Assembly: GCF_017876815.1 (NCBI RefSeq)
Contig: NZ_JAGIOS010000002.1
Coordinates: 1,020,001 to 1,052,000, forward strand
From: Sinorhizobium meliloti
GTDB taxonomy: Bacteria > Pseudomonadota > Alphaproteobacteria > Rhizobiales > Rhizobiaceae
Direction of reading: 5' to 3'
Length of the DNA: 32,000 bases
Both the position numbers and the translations under genes were made by a program. The notes under the pieces were generated by a model, which was not told the DNA's origin, did no database searches, and worked only from the letters and a program-made list of their open reading frames with translations. This document shows positions 31,938 through 32,000 of this stretch, one piece after another (the stretch's first letter is position 1; the number at the start of each line of letters is the position of its first letter).

Positions 31938-32000
31938 AACAAGCGGGTCGCTCCTCGCATCTCGTCGCGCAGAATAGGTCCGGAACCTTGCCGCTTGTCC

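Noticed and set aside
1-32000. Mobile element, genomic-island boundary, CRISPR array or defence system
   Set aside because: I found no transposase, integrase, recombinase, tRNA, terminal inverted repeats, spacer-repeat array, restriction/abortive-infection or toxin-antitoxin-like gene pair. GC content looks uniform apart from short AT-rich promoter regions. The island is called accessory by content only.
31866-32000. Possible 3' end of a minus-strand gene entering from the right edge
   Set aside because: The open frames here run through the palindromic repeat element and give low-complexity peptides. With only 135 nt there is no basis for a call.

Overview
High-GC (~62%) alphaproteobacterial DNA. 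The gene content and hyp-locus layout look like a Sinorhizobium/Ensifer megaplasmid, but that assignment is inference only. I can support 32 protein-coding genes (one truncated at the left edge). I found no rRNA, tRNA, CRISPR array, IS element, transposase or integrase. LEFT HALF (1-16.3 kb) is an accessory sugar/cyclitol island with five parts. (1) A six-gene minus-strand operon encodes 2 SDR epimerases, 1 GT4 and 3 paralogous CgeB-like glycosyltransferases, almost all joined by ATGA/GTGA start-stop overlaps. (2) A divergent pair encodes an MDR dehydrogenase and a Gfo/Idh/MocA oxidoreductase. (3) A 582-aa orphan protein is a PRTase-like/kinase-like fusion. (4) An operon encodes myo-inositol-1-phosphate synthase, a histidine phosphatase and a glycosidase-like protein. 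(5) A further operon encodes a small ORF, a pyruvyl transferase and an FrhB-like Fe-S protein. No flippase, polymerase, exporter or priming transferase is visible. Main hunt result: each of the four main operons of the island, and the adjacent DUF1003 gene, is preceded at a sensible distance and in the right orientation by a GGAAC-N17-(G/A)TT motif. This is the EcfG/RpoE2 general-stress sigma promoter type. Two of these promoters also share an identical 14-mer. That points to a stress-induced pathway built around inositol phosphate whose product is unknown. The glycosidase-like protein appears to be a circularly permuted TIM barrel. MIDDLE (16.3-18.0 kb) holds an SRPBCC protein and a class III adenylate cyclase. 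RIGHT HALF (18.1-31.9 kb) is the hydroxyproline (hyp) catabolic locus: hypR, hypD, hypH, hypMNPQ, hypO and hypRE. It also carries a 3-hydroxyproline branch (fused aconitase X, a proline-racemase paralogue with a Ser/Thr catalytic pair, and an Ldh_2-type reductase), with candidate GntR operators in four promoter regions.
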